A DNA stretch of 64,000 bases, from NCBI GenBank assembly GCA_964016885.1, contig OZ024743.1:304916001-304980000 (forward strand), in the 5' to 3' direction. This stretch comes from Eledone cirrhosa (lineage: Eukaryota). The position numbers and the translations under genes are program-made. This document shows, in pieces, positions 1 to 13,900 of this stretch (position 1 is the first letter of the stretch; the number at the start of each line of letters is the position of its first letter). Under the pieces are notes generated by a model. It worked only from the letters and a program-made list of their open reading frames with translations, did not search any database and had not been told where the DNA came from.

Positions 1-199
1 AGAGAGAGAGAGAGAGAGAGAGGGGAAAGATAAGGAGAGGGGAGAGAGAAAGAGAGAGAGTTTATGAATTTAATTAGAATACAGGCTAGATTTAGGGTAT
101 ATTGATTTAAAAGGATTTTGTCAAAATACTTGTTATATTGAAGCAACTATAATTACTTGGTGTGTATATATGTATATGATGATGATGATGATGATGATG

Positions 200-520
200 A
201 TGAGAGTCTAACAGAACATAAAGCCATATTTGGTATGTATATATATATGTGAGTCTATTAGAGTAGAAATGAATATTTGGTATGTATATATGTGTATATG
301 TGAGTCTATTAGAGTATAAAGCCATAATTAGTATATATATATGAGTATATGTGAGTCTAATAGAGTATAAAGCCATACTTAGTATGTATATATGAGTATA
401 TGTGAGTCTATTAGAGTATAAGCCATACTTAGTATGTATATATGATTATATGTGAGTCTAGTAAGTAGAAATGGATATTTAGTATGTATATATGATTATA
501 TGGGAGCATGGTAGAGTAGG
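200..520. repeat. Minisatellite, about 50-bp unit (gtgagtctattagagtataaagccatacttagtatgtatatatgagtatat), about 7 copies
   Basis: Tandem repetition visible directly. Confidence 0.85.
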
Positions 521-524
521 AAGC

Positions 525-1600
525 TATAATTCTGGATAGGATTTACCTTGGTTGTACAGTGTGAAGTTTGATACAAATTTTGAGGTAAATGTGGAAGCTT
601 TTACCATGGGAGTACTGCTTAAAGAACCATAATACTTGAGAAGTGAAAGAATGGTGGATCTCACAAAGTTAGTATTGCTTCTGTCAGGTGCAGTTTGGGA
701 GATGAGAGGCTGCAAGCTGTGTAATGCTTGGAGGCATCCTTCTTAGTACAGATCTTGGTCTTGAAGGAGCTGCAGGACTGTGAGGGATATTCTACTAGCA
801 CTGTAGGCTGTCTTCTTTGCCTGAACTTCTGCAGCACATTTGTAAGTGAACCATTTATGAGGACTTGAGGCTTTGAGGGTTGGTTGTATGTAAAATATAG
901 AACATGCCTAAGAAGATTGTTTCATTCACTTGCTTAGCTGTTTTTGATAGAATTGGGATGAAACACATGTACAGTTAGAGATTGTTGGTATAAGATTGGG
1001 TTACTCTGATCAGTCACTTGACTTGTAGAACCACATGTCAAGCATTGTGCAATATGTGAAAGTGTGATGGGTAATTGCAACAAGGCAATAGTTGAACAAG
1101 TTGATATATATAGAAATGATTAGAGGTTGAGTTTGGAAGTAGGAAAGAGGTGAAATAATGTTTGGTGTTCCTGCATGTTAATGAGGCTGGAAGTGAGAAA
1201 GAGATGAAGGATGTTTAGTGTTCCTGCATCTTAATGAGGTTGGTAGTGAGGGAAAAATTAAATGATGTTTGGAGTACCTGTGTGTTAATCCTGGTGGAAG
1301 TGAGAAAGAGATGAAGGATGTTTGGTGCACCTGTATGTTAATGAGGGTAGAAGTGACAAGAAAGATATTCGATGTGCTTGTGTGTTAATTGGGGATGTGT
1401 GTAGAGGATGAAACTGATTGATGTGAATAGTTGAGAATTGCAAATAATTTAGTTTCTGTCCTGGTGGCATTGTATGAGATGAGTTTGATAACCATGAGGA
1501 GTTGAGAGAAATGAAGTCACCTAGAATGTTGATCAGAGAGAAGTGAAGCAAGGTAGCTAACCTGGGGTTGGGGATTGGCAATATCAGTATGACACCAGAC
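525..1600 (-). mobile_element. Highly decayed LINE fragment (APE endonuclease region) containing a tandem repeat of about 55 bp at 1150-1390
   Basis: ILGDFISLNSSW resembles the APE motif GDFN.H..W; no intact frame. Confidence 0.45.
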
Positions 1601-1790
1601 AAAATGATTTGCAGTATTTAGTTATGACTTTCTACTTTCTGAGTTCAAATCTTGCTGTGTTCAGCTTTGCTTCTCCTCCTTCTGGGGTCGATAAAATAAG
1701 TACCAGTTAAGTACTGGGATCAATATAATCAAGTCTTCCTTCCTTCAAATTATTGGCCTTGTGCCAATGCCAGAAATAATATTAATTACA
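1600..1790 (+). mobile_element. tRNA-derived SINE family A (decayed copy)
   Basis: B-box gagttcaaat, core ggggtcgataaaataagtaccag and tail ggccttgtgcc are shared with the other copies. Confidence 0.8.
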
Positions 1791-1938
1791 AACATTAAGA
1801 TGTATTTTACTTGAGAGTTAATGGGTTTAAACATTGTTCACCCTTGTACCCCTTCATCTTTTGGATATAACTGACTTAAACATGTTGGTTGTGATCGATT
1901 GATTGATTGATTCTATATATTTTCTTTTTCCTTACTAG

Positions 1939-2043
1939 CTACCTCCATTTCCTGTGATTTCAAATCAAAATACAACTGTGGATATAATATTGAAAATGGA
2001 TGGAAACATATATACCATAACAGGACATTTGGGGATGTTAAAG
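1939..2043 (+). CDS. Exon 1 in window: N-terminal part of MAM domain 1
   Basis: ttttccttactag|CT...AAAG|gtaac; [34 protein letters not shown] has the CDF..C..W MAM start; phase 1-1. Confidence 0.8.
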
Positions 2044-2128
2044 GTAACACTAGTGATCTTTTAACATTCAAACTAAATATTGATTTCTCTTTTACCTTGC
2101 CCATCTCTCTTTCAATCACTCTCACTCT

Positions 2129-2183
<55 letters not shown>

Positions 2184-2723
2184 CTATCTATCCCTATCTA
2201 TCTATCCAACACAGAAAGCCAGGCCCATTCCACAATATATTAATATTAGACACCAGCCATATGCCTCAGGGTCACTCCTTCTCCCATAGTGAGAAATTTT
2301 CATTCTTGGCAAGTAGCATATAGCCTGCACTCCTCTCACATTTTGGGCCCCTCCATTTCTATCAATACTCTGCATTCTGACTCTCCGAGCATCATAATGT
2401 TAAAATGAGGTAGTCCTGGTGCCACAATAAATGCTGGTAGCATGATGAAAAGCTCCCAGTCTGCCCTCTAGGATGGTAGTGCTTGTGCCATGACAAAAGT
2501 CACACAATCTACCATGTAAAGCAGTAGTGCTGGTACTACAGCAAAAGGCACCTAGTCCAGCCTGTAAGGTGGTTGTGTTGGTGACATGACAACATCTTTT
2601 CCAGTCCACTAGTTCACATTGTAAGGTGGTTGGCATTAGGAAGAGCACCCAGCCATAGAAAACCAATCTCCGTAATCTGATATTATGAACAAGATGTGGT
2701 CACCTGACATCTGTTTCAGGTAA

Positions 2724-2765
<42 letters not shown>

Positions 2766-2874
2766 TGTGATTTAATGTTAAAGAACAAAAACTAATAATA
2801 AAGTAAAAATATATTTTTAAAAATGAGATGTGAAACAATAATGATGATGATGATAGTGATAGTGATAGTTGTGG

Positions 2875-2912
<38 letters not shown>

Positions 2913-5900
2913 AACCTGAACTAAAACTTAGTCCAGTAGTGGCGGGAAATATATTTCCCACGTGTTCAAATTTGTCATTGTAATTTTGGATGTTTTTTTA
3001 CTGTTAAGAGAAAACAATTTCATTTACTAATGTTTCAATAATTAGAGATTTATTTGTGAAGAATCATAAACAGAAATTCTGAATCCAATTCCGTTCAATT
3101 GTTTGATTTTTTAATTCAGTAACTCTGTTATATTTCTAATAATATCCTTTTATTTGCAGGCACTATACAGCTCAGACATGGGAAGGGAACAATTGTGTCA
3201 CCCTATGAACCCCTGTCCTATTCATGTGTGAAATTTAAGTACATTACATATGCCGCTGTAACTGGAGACCTTTCGGTTATTTTATTCCAACAGAACTTTA
3301 CTCTGAAATGGAATGAAATATTCTTTAATAAATTAGATGGAACTTATGAAGGTCAATTTCAGATTCCTGCAGGAAATAGTATGCTTAGTTTCAGAGCAAA
3401 TATCAAGTCTGGAATCCTGGCAATTGATGATGTCATAATATCTAATGGAACCTGTCCTCAATTAAGTTAGTGATTACATTTTATTTTATTGTATTTCTCA
3501 TCTGTTGATTTTACTTTCACAACAGTACACTCTGTAATGTGGTTGATGTTAAGGAGAACATGCCAAAACTGAAAATATACATGTATGACATGGTTAACCC
3601 TAACCCTAACTCTAATTAAGAAACAATTATGACCCATTCTACACATGCCAGCATAGAAAGCAAATATAAGATGATGATGATGGTGATGATGATGAAGGCG
3701 ATGATGACGAAGACAATGATGATGATGATGATGACAATGACAATGGGGATGATGTTGATGATGACAACAACGACGACGATAATAATGATGATGATGATGA
3801 TGATGAGAATGATGATGATGATGATGATGATGATGATCTTTGAACCATGATCACTGCCACAACACCTGTTATCATAGATTTGCTCAATCAGAGCTGGCCT
3901 GAAACTAAATAGTGACTTCCACAACTTAACATTTTAATTCCAATAAAACCAAACATATAAAAACTATTTCTACCACACCTTTCTACTAAATATTTAGGTG
4001 TTAGCATATAGTAAGCTATGTTGGTTTTGTTGCATGTTTATGAAAGAAACGGAGGCACAACAGAAAACATATAGTCATTGAGGAGGTCACATATTGCATG
4101 ACAAAAGAACTTTGATGAATATATAGTTTTAAATACTTTTACTTTAAAAATTAAGATGTATTATATTTTGCTTTAATATTATTATGGATTAAATTCTAAA
4201 TTCTATTTGTCTGCTGAAAACAAATTGTCTTCTTACATTTTCTCTTATTGGTTGAAATGAGTTGATAGGGTAAATATTTGAAATATGCATTCTAAGGATA
4301 AGATTCTTGTTGTTATTGTTGTTGTTGTTGTTGTCGTTGTGTTGTTATTCCTGAGAGGATCGTGGAGGCAGAGTCCTCATACACCCCTTCTAGTGGGTCC
4401 TGTCAGAAGGAACCATCTCCAACTAATGCAGCTGGATCCCCAAGCGAAACCAGCCCAGCTTAGTTCACAAAATTATAACAACACTATTTACACATTTACA
4501 CCATTAATTAAAAACAATTCCTTATTTCTATTAATTACAGATTGCCCAGAGGGTACCCACATGTGTTCAGACAATAGAAAGTGCATCGATGAAGCAAATG
4601 TATGTAATAGTTATAAGAATTGCCTTGATGGTAGTGATGAAAAAAATTGTCGTAAGTAAAACTTAATATTCTATACTTTAAACAAGAAATTATTTTTGGA
4701 TTGGCAATATTGGTAGAGGGTCGGACGCCATGCTTTACAGCAAAGAGTTATGGCCCTTTATGATCTGAGTTCAAATCTCGCCAAGGTTAACTTTGCCTTT
4801 CATCCTTATGGGCTCGATAAAATAAAGTACCAGTAATACACTGGGACAATTGCTGGACTTGTGCCAAAAGTAGAAACAATTATTTTTAAAACAAAACTAT
4901 TATTTTTAAAACAATTACTTAATTCTAATTGTTTCATTACCATATTTCTAATGGAAGGTACTACCTAAGATTTTCAAATAATTTTGAAAATAATAAAGAA
5001 TTTAGAGGAAGCTATTAATATAATTTTCTCACTATTTATTTGGTGTTTGGAGCAAAACTTAAATATTCATCATAATCATCATCATGTTTGTTTAACATCC
5101 ATTTTCTTCATTAGCAGTTCTTGCATACAATGATGGTGGAAAGTTTTAAGATGAATATAAATACTTTAAAATAAACAGTTATATATTATAAATGTATGCC
5201 ATTTGGTATCAAAAAGGTTACAAGAAACCCCAAGTCCAATATATATTTTAATCCTAATTTCACTTCTCTCAATCTATTTTGAGCCATGAAAGAAGTAATA
5301 CTGACCAAATGTTTGAATGGCCTTTTGTTAGATTTGGTTACATTACAAGTCCAATGGTAATTGTTACTCTGGATACTTGAAGGTGGCCTTACTCAGCTGG
5401 AAATCTCTGGTCTGCACCCACATTTGGAGGAGGGGTTGTTTGTGATGGTCACATCATCCATGAGATAAGAAGCTTCATTCCATTTTGAAGGAGAGCAAAA
5501 CATATGCTACTGATTTCATGATTTATATCCAGGTTGGGCAAACTAAGGGTACTATTGCAACTGTTGCTGCTAAGAATATCAAATTAATAACAAAAGAAAA
5601 AAGGCTAGAACAATTAGTATCAAAGAGGGAGCAGAAACTTCTGTATGGCAAATATGTGGCCCGTAGTAAACAAGCTGATGTTGACCAGAAGCACACCCAT
5701 CAGTGGCTATGTAGCTCAGTGCTAAAAGCAGAGGGTGAAAGCTTCATCTTAGCTGCCCAAGATCAAAGCTTATTGACACCGATCTACCAGGCCAATGTGA
5801 TGAGAAATGGAGTAAATCCAAAGTGCTGATTCTGCAATGGTGAGGTTAAAACAGTGGACCACTTAATCTCTGGATGTAAAGGTTTAGTACCTGTAGAGTA

Positions 5901-6472
5901 CAAATCAAGACATGACAGAGTTGGCCAATATCTACACTGGTTAATATGTCATCATTATAAAATCAAAACTGCTGACAAGTGGTAAATCATCAGCCTGAGG
6001 CAGTAACTGAAGGAGAAAAAGTAACAATTCTTTGGGACTTCTCTGTACATACTGACAGGACCATAAAAGCTAATAGACCAGATATTATTGTAAAATACCA
6101 GCAATACACTGGTCTCACCATTCCTGCCACTTTTGGAATCCATCCTAGAAGTCCGGATTTTGCGATTCGATCCGGATCTCAACAATGGTGTTATAATGTT
6201 GAGCTTTGAGCTGCATTTTTAGCTTGGAGAAGAGATGGAAGTCCGTAGGTATTAAATCTGGCAAATAGGGCAGGTGCGGAAGTGATACAATGTTGTTTTT
6301 AGTGAGAAACTCATGAGTGCGGTGAGCTCAAAGGCAGGATGCATTGTCATCGTGAAGGATTCTATTCTTTGTACTCCACCGATCCAGTCATGTTCGCCAA
6401 ACGTCCTTCATCAAACACCTCAAAATGTTGCAATAAAACTCTCAATTGATTTGATGGTCTGGCCCTGGGGGA

Positions 6473-6537
<65 letters not shown>

Positions 6538-7793
6538 TAATAAAATAATGAATAAACAAAGAAACAGTTCCTTATATTAAAAAAATTCATCATTTTACGA
6601 TCGTTTCTAGGATATATATTTGTTAGAGTTGGTATGCATATTCTATAGATCTATGTACAATATTTATACAAACTATCAGAGGGAATATACATACCTACAC
6701 ATATATATGCTGTCTTCAGAAATAATGATATGTGTTTATTGAAAAAAACAAAGATTCAATACAATAGGTCTGTTTGGGAACAGGTTTTGAATTGACCAAT
6801 AGAGAGATAGTGACGGGCAAGATAGTAATATAGTAGTAGAAGAACCTTAAATTATGGGTAGAGGAAGGTATATTTCAGTTTTGGATGGAAAAGAATATTA
6901 TGAATGAAAGATTATTTTAGGGAAGAAGTAGGTCTTATGCTGACCTCAGAAATAATTTTATTTTTTCATTGAATAAAACCAACAAAGATCTAATATATTC
7001 TGTCTGTATGGTAAGAGGTTTAGAATTAACCAATAGAAAGTTAATAATTGGCCAAATGGTAAAATAGTAGTAATTGAAGCTTATTTTAGGGGTGAAAATA
7101 GGTCAGGTGGTCAGTAAAAGGTATACAAGCAGTTGCTGTTATAAAATAGTAATGCCAATACAAATATCTAAGGTGACTAAAGTTTTACGCTGAGAATGTT
7201 AGTGAAAAAAATACATCTATGAAAAGAATATAAATTAATTTAATTGATGGGTATATTTATATTGATAAAATTATACTAATACATATAGATATGATAAATA
7301 AGAGTTAGATGCAGTTGAAAAGTGCTGTTAAAGATGAGGGGAAATTAAAAGAATATAAAATTAATATATATATATATACTTATATATATATCATCATCAT
7401 CATCATCATCAGGTTTAGCGTCCGTGTTCCACGCTTGCATGGGTTTGGACGGGGGTTTTCCCACTTGAGGCAAGAGTGGTTGTCTTGCTCGCATAGGACT
7501 GTCTGGCGGGTTTTCTACAGTTGGATGCCCTTCCTAACACCAACCACATTTACAGTGTGGGGCTGGGAGGTTTTTACCGTGTTGCCTACACGGCCACATT
7601 ACAGCGTGGACTGTCTGGCGGGTTTTCTACAGCTGGATGCCCTTCCTAACACCAACCACATTTACAGTGTGGGGCTGGGAGGTTTTTACCGTGTTGCCTA
7701 CACGGCCACATTTACAGCGTGGACTGTGTGTTTTTTGTCGTGACACCTACACGATATATATACATATATATACACATACACACACACACATAT

Positions 7794-7867
<74 letters not shown>

Positions 7868-8820
7868 GCATATATACATACATACACATATATATACACA
7901 CACATACACACTTACATATACATATAATTATTGGTGGGTGGAATTAAATTTATTAGTGAGAAATAATAAATATATATAGTTTTCAAGGAATATAGAGTCA
8001 TCGAAAGTAGTTTTTGAATGCATCTTCTCTTTTCATGATACCCGGATTACATTGAGTTCTTCATACGGATTGGACACTACCGTAAACTTTTGGTAGATTT
8101 ATCTACATATGTATATATATATATAAATATATATGATACATATGATATATATAAATATATATAATTGTTTCTACATTTGGCACAAGGCCAGCAAATATCC
8201 AGTGCATTACTGGTACTTTATTTTATCGACCCTGTAAGGATGAAAGGCAAAGTTAACCTCACCGGGAATTGAACTCAGAATGCCAAGGGCCGTAACTCTA
8301 TGCGTCAAAGCATGGCGTCCGACCCTCTACCAATACTGCCAATCCAAATATATATAATATATATAGAAAAAAATGGAGTTAAAGACTTGCGTTAATCCCC
8401 TGTAATTTGATTGGCTCAAGGAATAAATTACCAGGCTCTCAATAATATAGTATATAGAAAACACAAAAAGGGGTAATGTTTTCATTTACAAAGGGTAGAG
8501 AACCACTATAGTGAAGGACATAATGTCTACGAAAAGTGGAGAAAATACATAATAATAAAGAAGTAAAATAAAAAATAAAAAAACCCACTTGTTGATAAGT
8601 CCTGAGAAGGTATGGTACCAGCACTTTGGCGAAACATTCTCTTCTTTGGGTATATCCAGGTGTGTATAGTTATAAAGGTGGCTTTTTTATATTTTAATTT
8701 TACCTCTTAATTATTATGTATTTTCTCCACTTTTGATAGATCTTACATCCTATAGTGGTTCTCTACCCCTTGTAAATGAAAACATAAGCCTCTTTTTGTG
8801 TTTTCTATTCTACATACTGT

Positions 8821-8867
<47 letters not shown>

Positions 8868-10904
8868 AAATGAGATGATAGGGACTGAGATCCCTATCAT
8901 TCCACTGCAAAGTGGTCGTGGAGGTGCCACGGCAAAAAAGCACCCAGCACTCACTGTAAATGAGGTTGGTGTTAGGAAGGGCATCCAGCTGTAGAAATCA
9001 AGCCAGAATCAGTTCCCGTCCAACCCTTGCAAGCAGGGAAAAAGTGGACGTAAAATGAAATGATGATGATGATGATGATCACCATCATCATCATTTTACG
9101 TCCGCTTTTCCCTATTGGCAAGGGTGGGATGGGTCCTGTATCTCTCCACTTGTCACAGTCCTTCATCATCTCCTCCATGAGCTTAAGCGATCTAAGGTCT
9201 GTTCTTACCACCTCCACACATGTTTTTCATGGTCTTCCTCTACTGCGTCTTCCTTCTACTGGGATTTCTTGGCACATATTTACCCAGCGGTCATCCTCCA
9301 TGTGCATCACATGTTCATACCATCTCAGTCTTCTCTCCTGCACACCACAATTTATCCCTCTTATACCCAGTTTCTCGCTCAACTCCTCTATGCTTGGCTG
9401 CTTACGCACATTGACATTGTGCATCCAATGGAGCATGCTTGCTTCATTGGATATATATATATATGTACATATCTACATATATATATATACATATACATAT
9501 ATATATATATATATACATATATATACATATACATATATACATATATATACGCAGATGATCTAACGCTCATAGCTGAATCAATGGCCGAGCTAGAGAAGAA
9601 ATTCCAAACATGGAAGCGCGGCCTAGAATCAAAAGGCCTTAAAATTAACCTGGCTAAGACTAAAGTTCTAGTTTGTAGGAAAGAAAATAAGGCGCCGGTC
9701 CCTTCCGGGAAATGGCCATGCTCAGTGTGTAGGAAAGGCGTAGGTAGAAACTCCATTTTATGTCCCAAATACAAAGCATGGGTGCATAAAAGATGTAGTG
9801 GGATCACAGGTAAGCTAACTAAGAACATAGATTTTACATGTGGCCGGTGCTCTGGTGCAATAAGTAGCAGCAAGTGCCCACAGAATACTACCTCTTTCAA
9901 TTGCGCAGAGGGTTCTATAGAAATAGTGGACAGCTTCAGTTACCTTGGTGACAAAATCAGCAGTGGGGGAGGGTGCTCTGAAAGTACAGTAGCTAGAGTC
10001 AGAACTGGATGGAAAAAGTTCAGAGAGTTTATACCACTATTAGCCGCTAAAGGGTTCTCTCTAAAAATGAAAGGCAGGTTGTATGATGCCTGCATACGAA
10101 CAACAATGTTGCATGGCAGTGAGACCAGGGCATTGTGTACAGAGGATATACGCAGACTGGAGAGGAACGAAGCTTGCATACTCCGCTGGATGTGTAATAG
10201 TAATATACGTGAACGGCAAAGCATAAATGAACTAAGGGAAAAATTAGAAATAAGAGGGATCAGATGTTGTTTACTCGAGAGAAGGCTACGTTGGTATGGT
10301 CACGTGATGCGCATGAAAGACAACAGCTGTATAAAAAAGTGCAGGGCAATAAAGATAGACGGTAGCCACGGAGTAGGCAGACCCAGAAAAATCTGGGACG
10401 ACCTGATAAATTCCGACCTCACACACTTACACCTCTCCAAGACAATGTCACTGGACCGAGATCTTTGGTGGTACTCAGTAATAGAGAAGACCCGCCTTGC
10501 CTAAATACAAAGTAAACCTACTACAGTCAGTAGGCATCTCTAACAAAATACACCCCGTCACGCCACCCCCACCCCATCCACACCGCCCCTTTCAATGTAA
10601 AGTTGCGTTGGTGCCACAACATCCAGGCCGAAACAAATGAGATCGTGTAGGTGTCACGACAAAAAAACACACGGTCCACGCTGTAATGTGGCCGTGTAGG
10701 CAACACGGTAAAAACCACCCAGTCCCACACTGGAAATGTGGTTGGTGTTAGGAAGGGCATCAAGCTGTAGAAAACCCGCCAGACGGTCCTATGCGAGCAA
10801 GACAACCACTCTTGCCTCAAGTGGGAAAACTCCTGTCCAAACCCATGCAAGCATGGAACATGGACGTTAAACGATGATGATGATGATGATGATGATGATT
10901 ATGA

Positions 10905-10952
<48 letters not shown>

Positions 10953-13900
10953 TGTGTATCCCGCATTCAATCTGGGGTAACCACAGTAAGTAAGGCACTC
11001 AATACATAGTAGTTTATATACAATATTTAATATAGAAATGGTTTCTACAGGGCTAGTACTGTTTCATTCGATGGAAATCATCTATATATATATATATATA
11101 TATACATATATTCATATATATATATATCATCATCATCATCATCACCGTTTTACGTCCATTCTTCCATGCTACCATGGGTTAGACGGGTTGTCCTGTTGTG
11201 TCCAGTGCCAGGTTTGGTGACCTTGTCTTGCTCATACAGGATCTGATTCTAGTTTGATTTCTACAGCTGGATGCCGTTCCTAACACCAACCTCATTTACA
11301 GTGAGTGTTGGGTGCTTTTTTTCCGTGACACCTCCACGACCACTTTGCAGTGGTTGGGGGTGGGGCATATTGTCTATATGCTTTAACTTCGGCTTGAACC
11401 ATGGGAAGTTGGGTCTTCTGTACTACTGCTTGACGCCAGAGGTGACAGTCCTGTGTCATCATCTTTGAGAGGTGCAATTGGACAATGTCAGCTTTTATCA
11501 ACTCATCTTGGGTCTTCTTGGGTCTCCCCACTCCAAGGCTTCCATCAACTTTTAGTGCTCTGCACCTTTTTATGTTGCTGCCATACTTCACATGCATCAC
11601 ATTACCATACCAATGCAACCACCTCTTCTGCACACATCATTTAATTCCTCTTTTGGTCAGTCTCTCTCTCTCAATTCGTTTATGCTTTGCCATTCGCGTA
11701 TATTACTATTGCATATCCATTGGAGCATACAAGCTTCATTTCTTTCTAATCTACACACAGTGCCCAGGCCTCACTACCATGTAACATTGCTGTTCGTATG
11801 GACGCATCATACAGTCTGCTTTTTATTTTGAGGGAAAAGCATTTTGCAGCTAACAGTGGTAGTAGCTCTCTGAACTTCTTCCATCCCATTCTTACCCTGG
11901 TTACTGTACACCCACCTCTTCTACTAATTCAGTCACCTAGGTAGCAGAAGCTGTCTACTGTTTCAACAGAGCCCTCCCAGAGTTTGGTAGTGCTTGTTCC
12001 CTGTGGCCATTTGCTGCTTACTGTCCTGGTGCAGTTGCTACATGTAAAGCCTACATTCTTAACTGAGCTTCCTGAGATCCCACTACATCTCTTGTTTACT
12101 CATAGTTTGCATTTAGGGCAGAGGATGGAATTCTTACCTACACCTTTCCTACACACTGAGCAAGGCCATACCCCTGGGGACCTTAGTCTTTGTCAGGTTT
12201 ACTTTGAGACCCAGTCTTTCTAACCCTGCTTCCAATTTTGGAATTTCTTCTTTTGTTCCACCATAGATTCAGCTATAAGTGTAAGATCATCCCTATTCAG
12301 AAGTTCCGATGTGCATCCGGTTTTAATCTCCTCTATTAAAGCCTGCAATACTACAATAAGCAGGAGAGGGCTAAGAACAGAGCCCTGGTGCACACTGACT
12401 GTATGGTAAATTCCTCCCTATATTCATTGTTAACCCTCGTTTGCTGACTGCTCCCCTATACATGGCTTGTACAGCTTTCACAAGACATTCATTTACTCAT
12501 AATTTTCTAAGAGCCCACCAGATTATAGCTTGGGGCACTCTGTTGAGGACTTTTTCCAGATTGACAAATGCCAAGTAGAGCAGCTTACTTTTAGCTAGGT
12601 ACTTTTCCTTAACTATCTCACAAAGAGAGCATCAGTGGTGCCTTTTCCTGGCACAAACCCGAATTGCATTTCATCTAGTTTTATCCGGTCCCTAATCAAC
12701 TGTCCTGTAAATCTTTCCGTCACTTTTATGACCATGTCCATAAATGTATATATATAAGTAGTTCCACAGCAGTTAGTTAACCATTACTGAGATTAATTGG
12801 TTCACCTTATTCGAATCATCAGCTCGGTCTAAATGAAATTGTATGGAAAAGGAAAAGCAACTGTACGAATATGAATCTGCAGAAGCAGTCACTTTATGCG
12901 GGGGAGGTAAACCTTCAATAGATCGATGTAGGGAGATAATTGTGGATGCTCGGAATAAATTATTCATGTTAGTCAGAATATTATAGATTGTTCATGTTAG
13001 TCAATCCAGGGTTTTTTAATTATGTAATAGGTGTTTCCAGACATGTGGACAACGTGAAAAAAGTTCATTCCTTGAATTTAGACAAGCGCAATTACATAAT
13101 CTACTCGGGATATTGAATCTTTCTTTAATGCACAGCCCAGAAGATGGATTCCCATTTGCGTATGTCTTAGACTTAGAAATAACTTACTGTTGTGGAAATA
13201 CTTCTACCAAACTCGTCCCATGGACTGAGTACTCTACTAATACAGATATAACACACCAGTATTCTACTATTATATATAAATATATAACGAAGGAATTGTG
13301 GTAAGGAACCAGATGGACCATAACGCATCAGAGTACTCAATACTTAGGGTAGTAGAGTAGGTAATAGGAAAAAGTATGACCCCGACGACAGGGCTCAAGC
13401 CGTTTCGACGGCTATTTCTGGACTAAATTAGAATTTTTAGCCTGGTGAATAAATGGCCGAACTTGTCAAGGGGTACTTCTTTATATGGAAAGATTGTAGT
13501 TGTCAAGAGGATTGGTCAAAATTTGTTGTAAACACAAATAAGTCTATCATGGCATTTGGTGGGAGGTAGGGGTGGCTGAAATTGCCTGTAGAACAACGAG
13601 GGAGTGAATGGAGCCGGTCAAGCGTTGAAAGTGATATGTATACAGCAGATGCTAAGGTTAGTGTATGAAAAGTCGAAAAATTGTTCTGAAGAATATGGAG
13701 GAGGGAAGTTACAGTATAGGTAATGCGAATGAGAGTAGGGGACAATAAAAAACAATAGAAACAAATATAAAAAATATATAAAATTAGATAGTGAGAAATG
13801 AATAAAAAAACACAAAAACAGTATGGTCTAGAAACAGCTGCTATGATTAGTAGGTGTTGCTTGTACGGGCAAAGCTATAGAAAAGGTTAATAAGTTGAGA

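Noticed and set aside
3616-3924. Poly-Met/Ile/Ser ORFs, also the IY-repeat ORFs at 7.7, 16.4-17.8, 51.6 and 60.8 kb and the poly-Val/Thr ORFs at 26.2 kb
   Set aside because: Translations of (GAT)n, (TA)n and (GTA)n microsatellites
6560-7370. Diverged duplication of about 230 bp with a faint resemblance to a Penelope endonuclease C-terminus
   Set aside because: No readable motif or frame; cannot be classified
9269-10504. 411-aa ORF as a gene
   Set aside because: Chance fusion of an antisense LINE piece, a (TA)n tract and a truncated sense RTE
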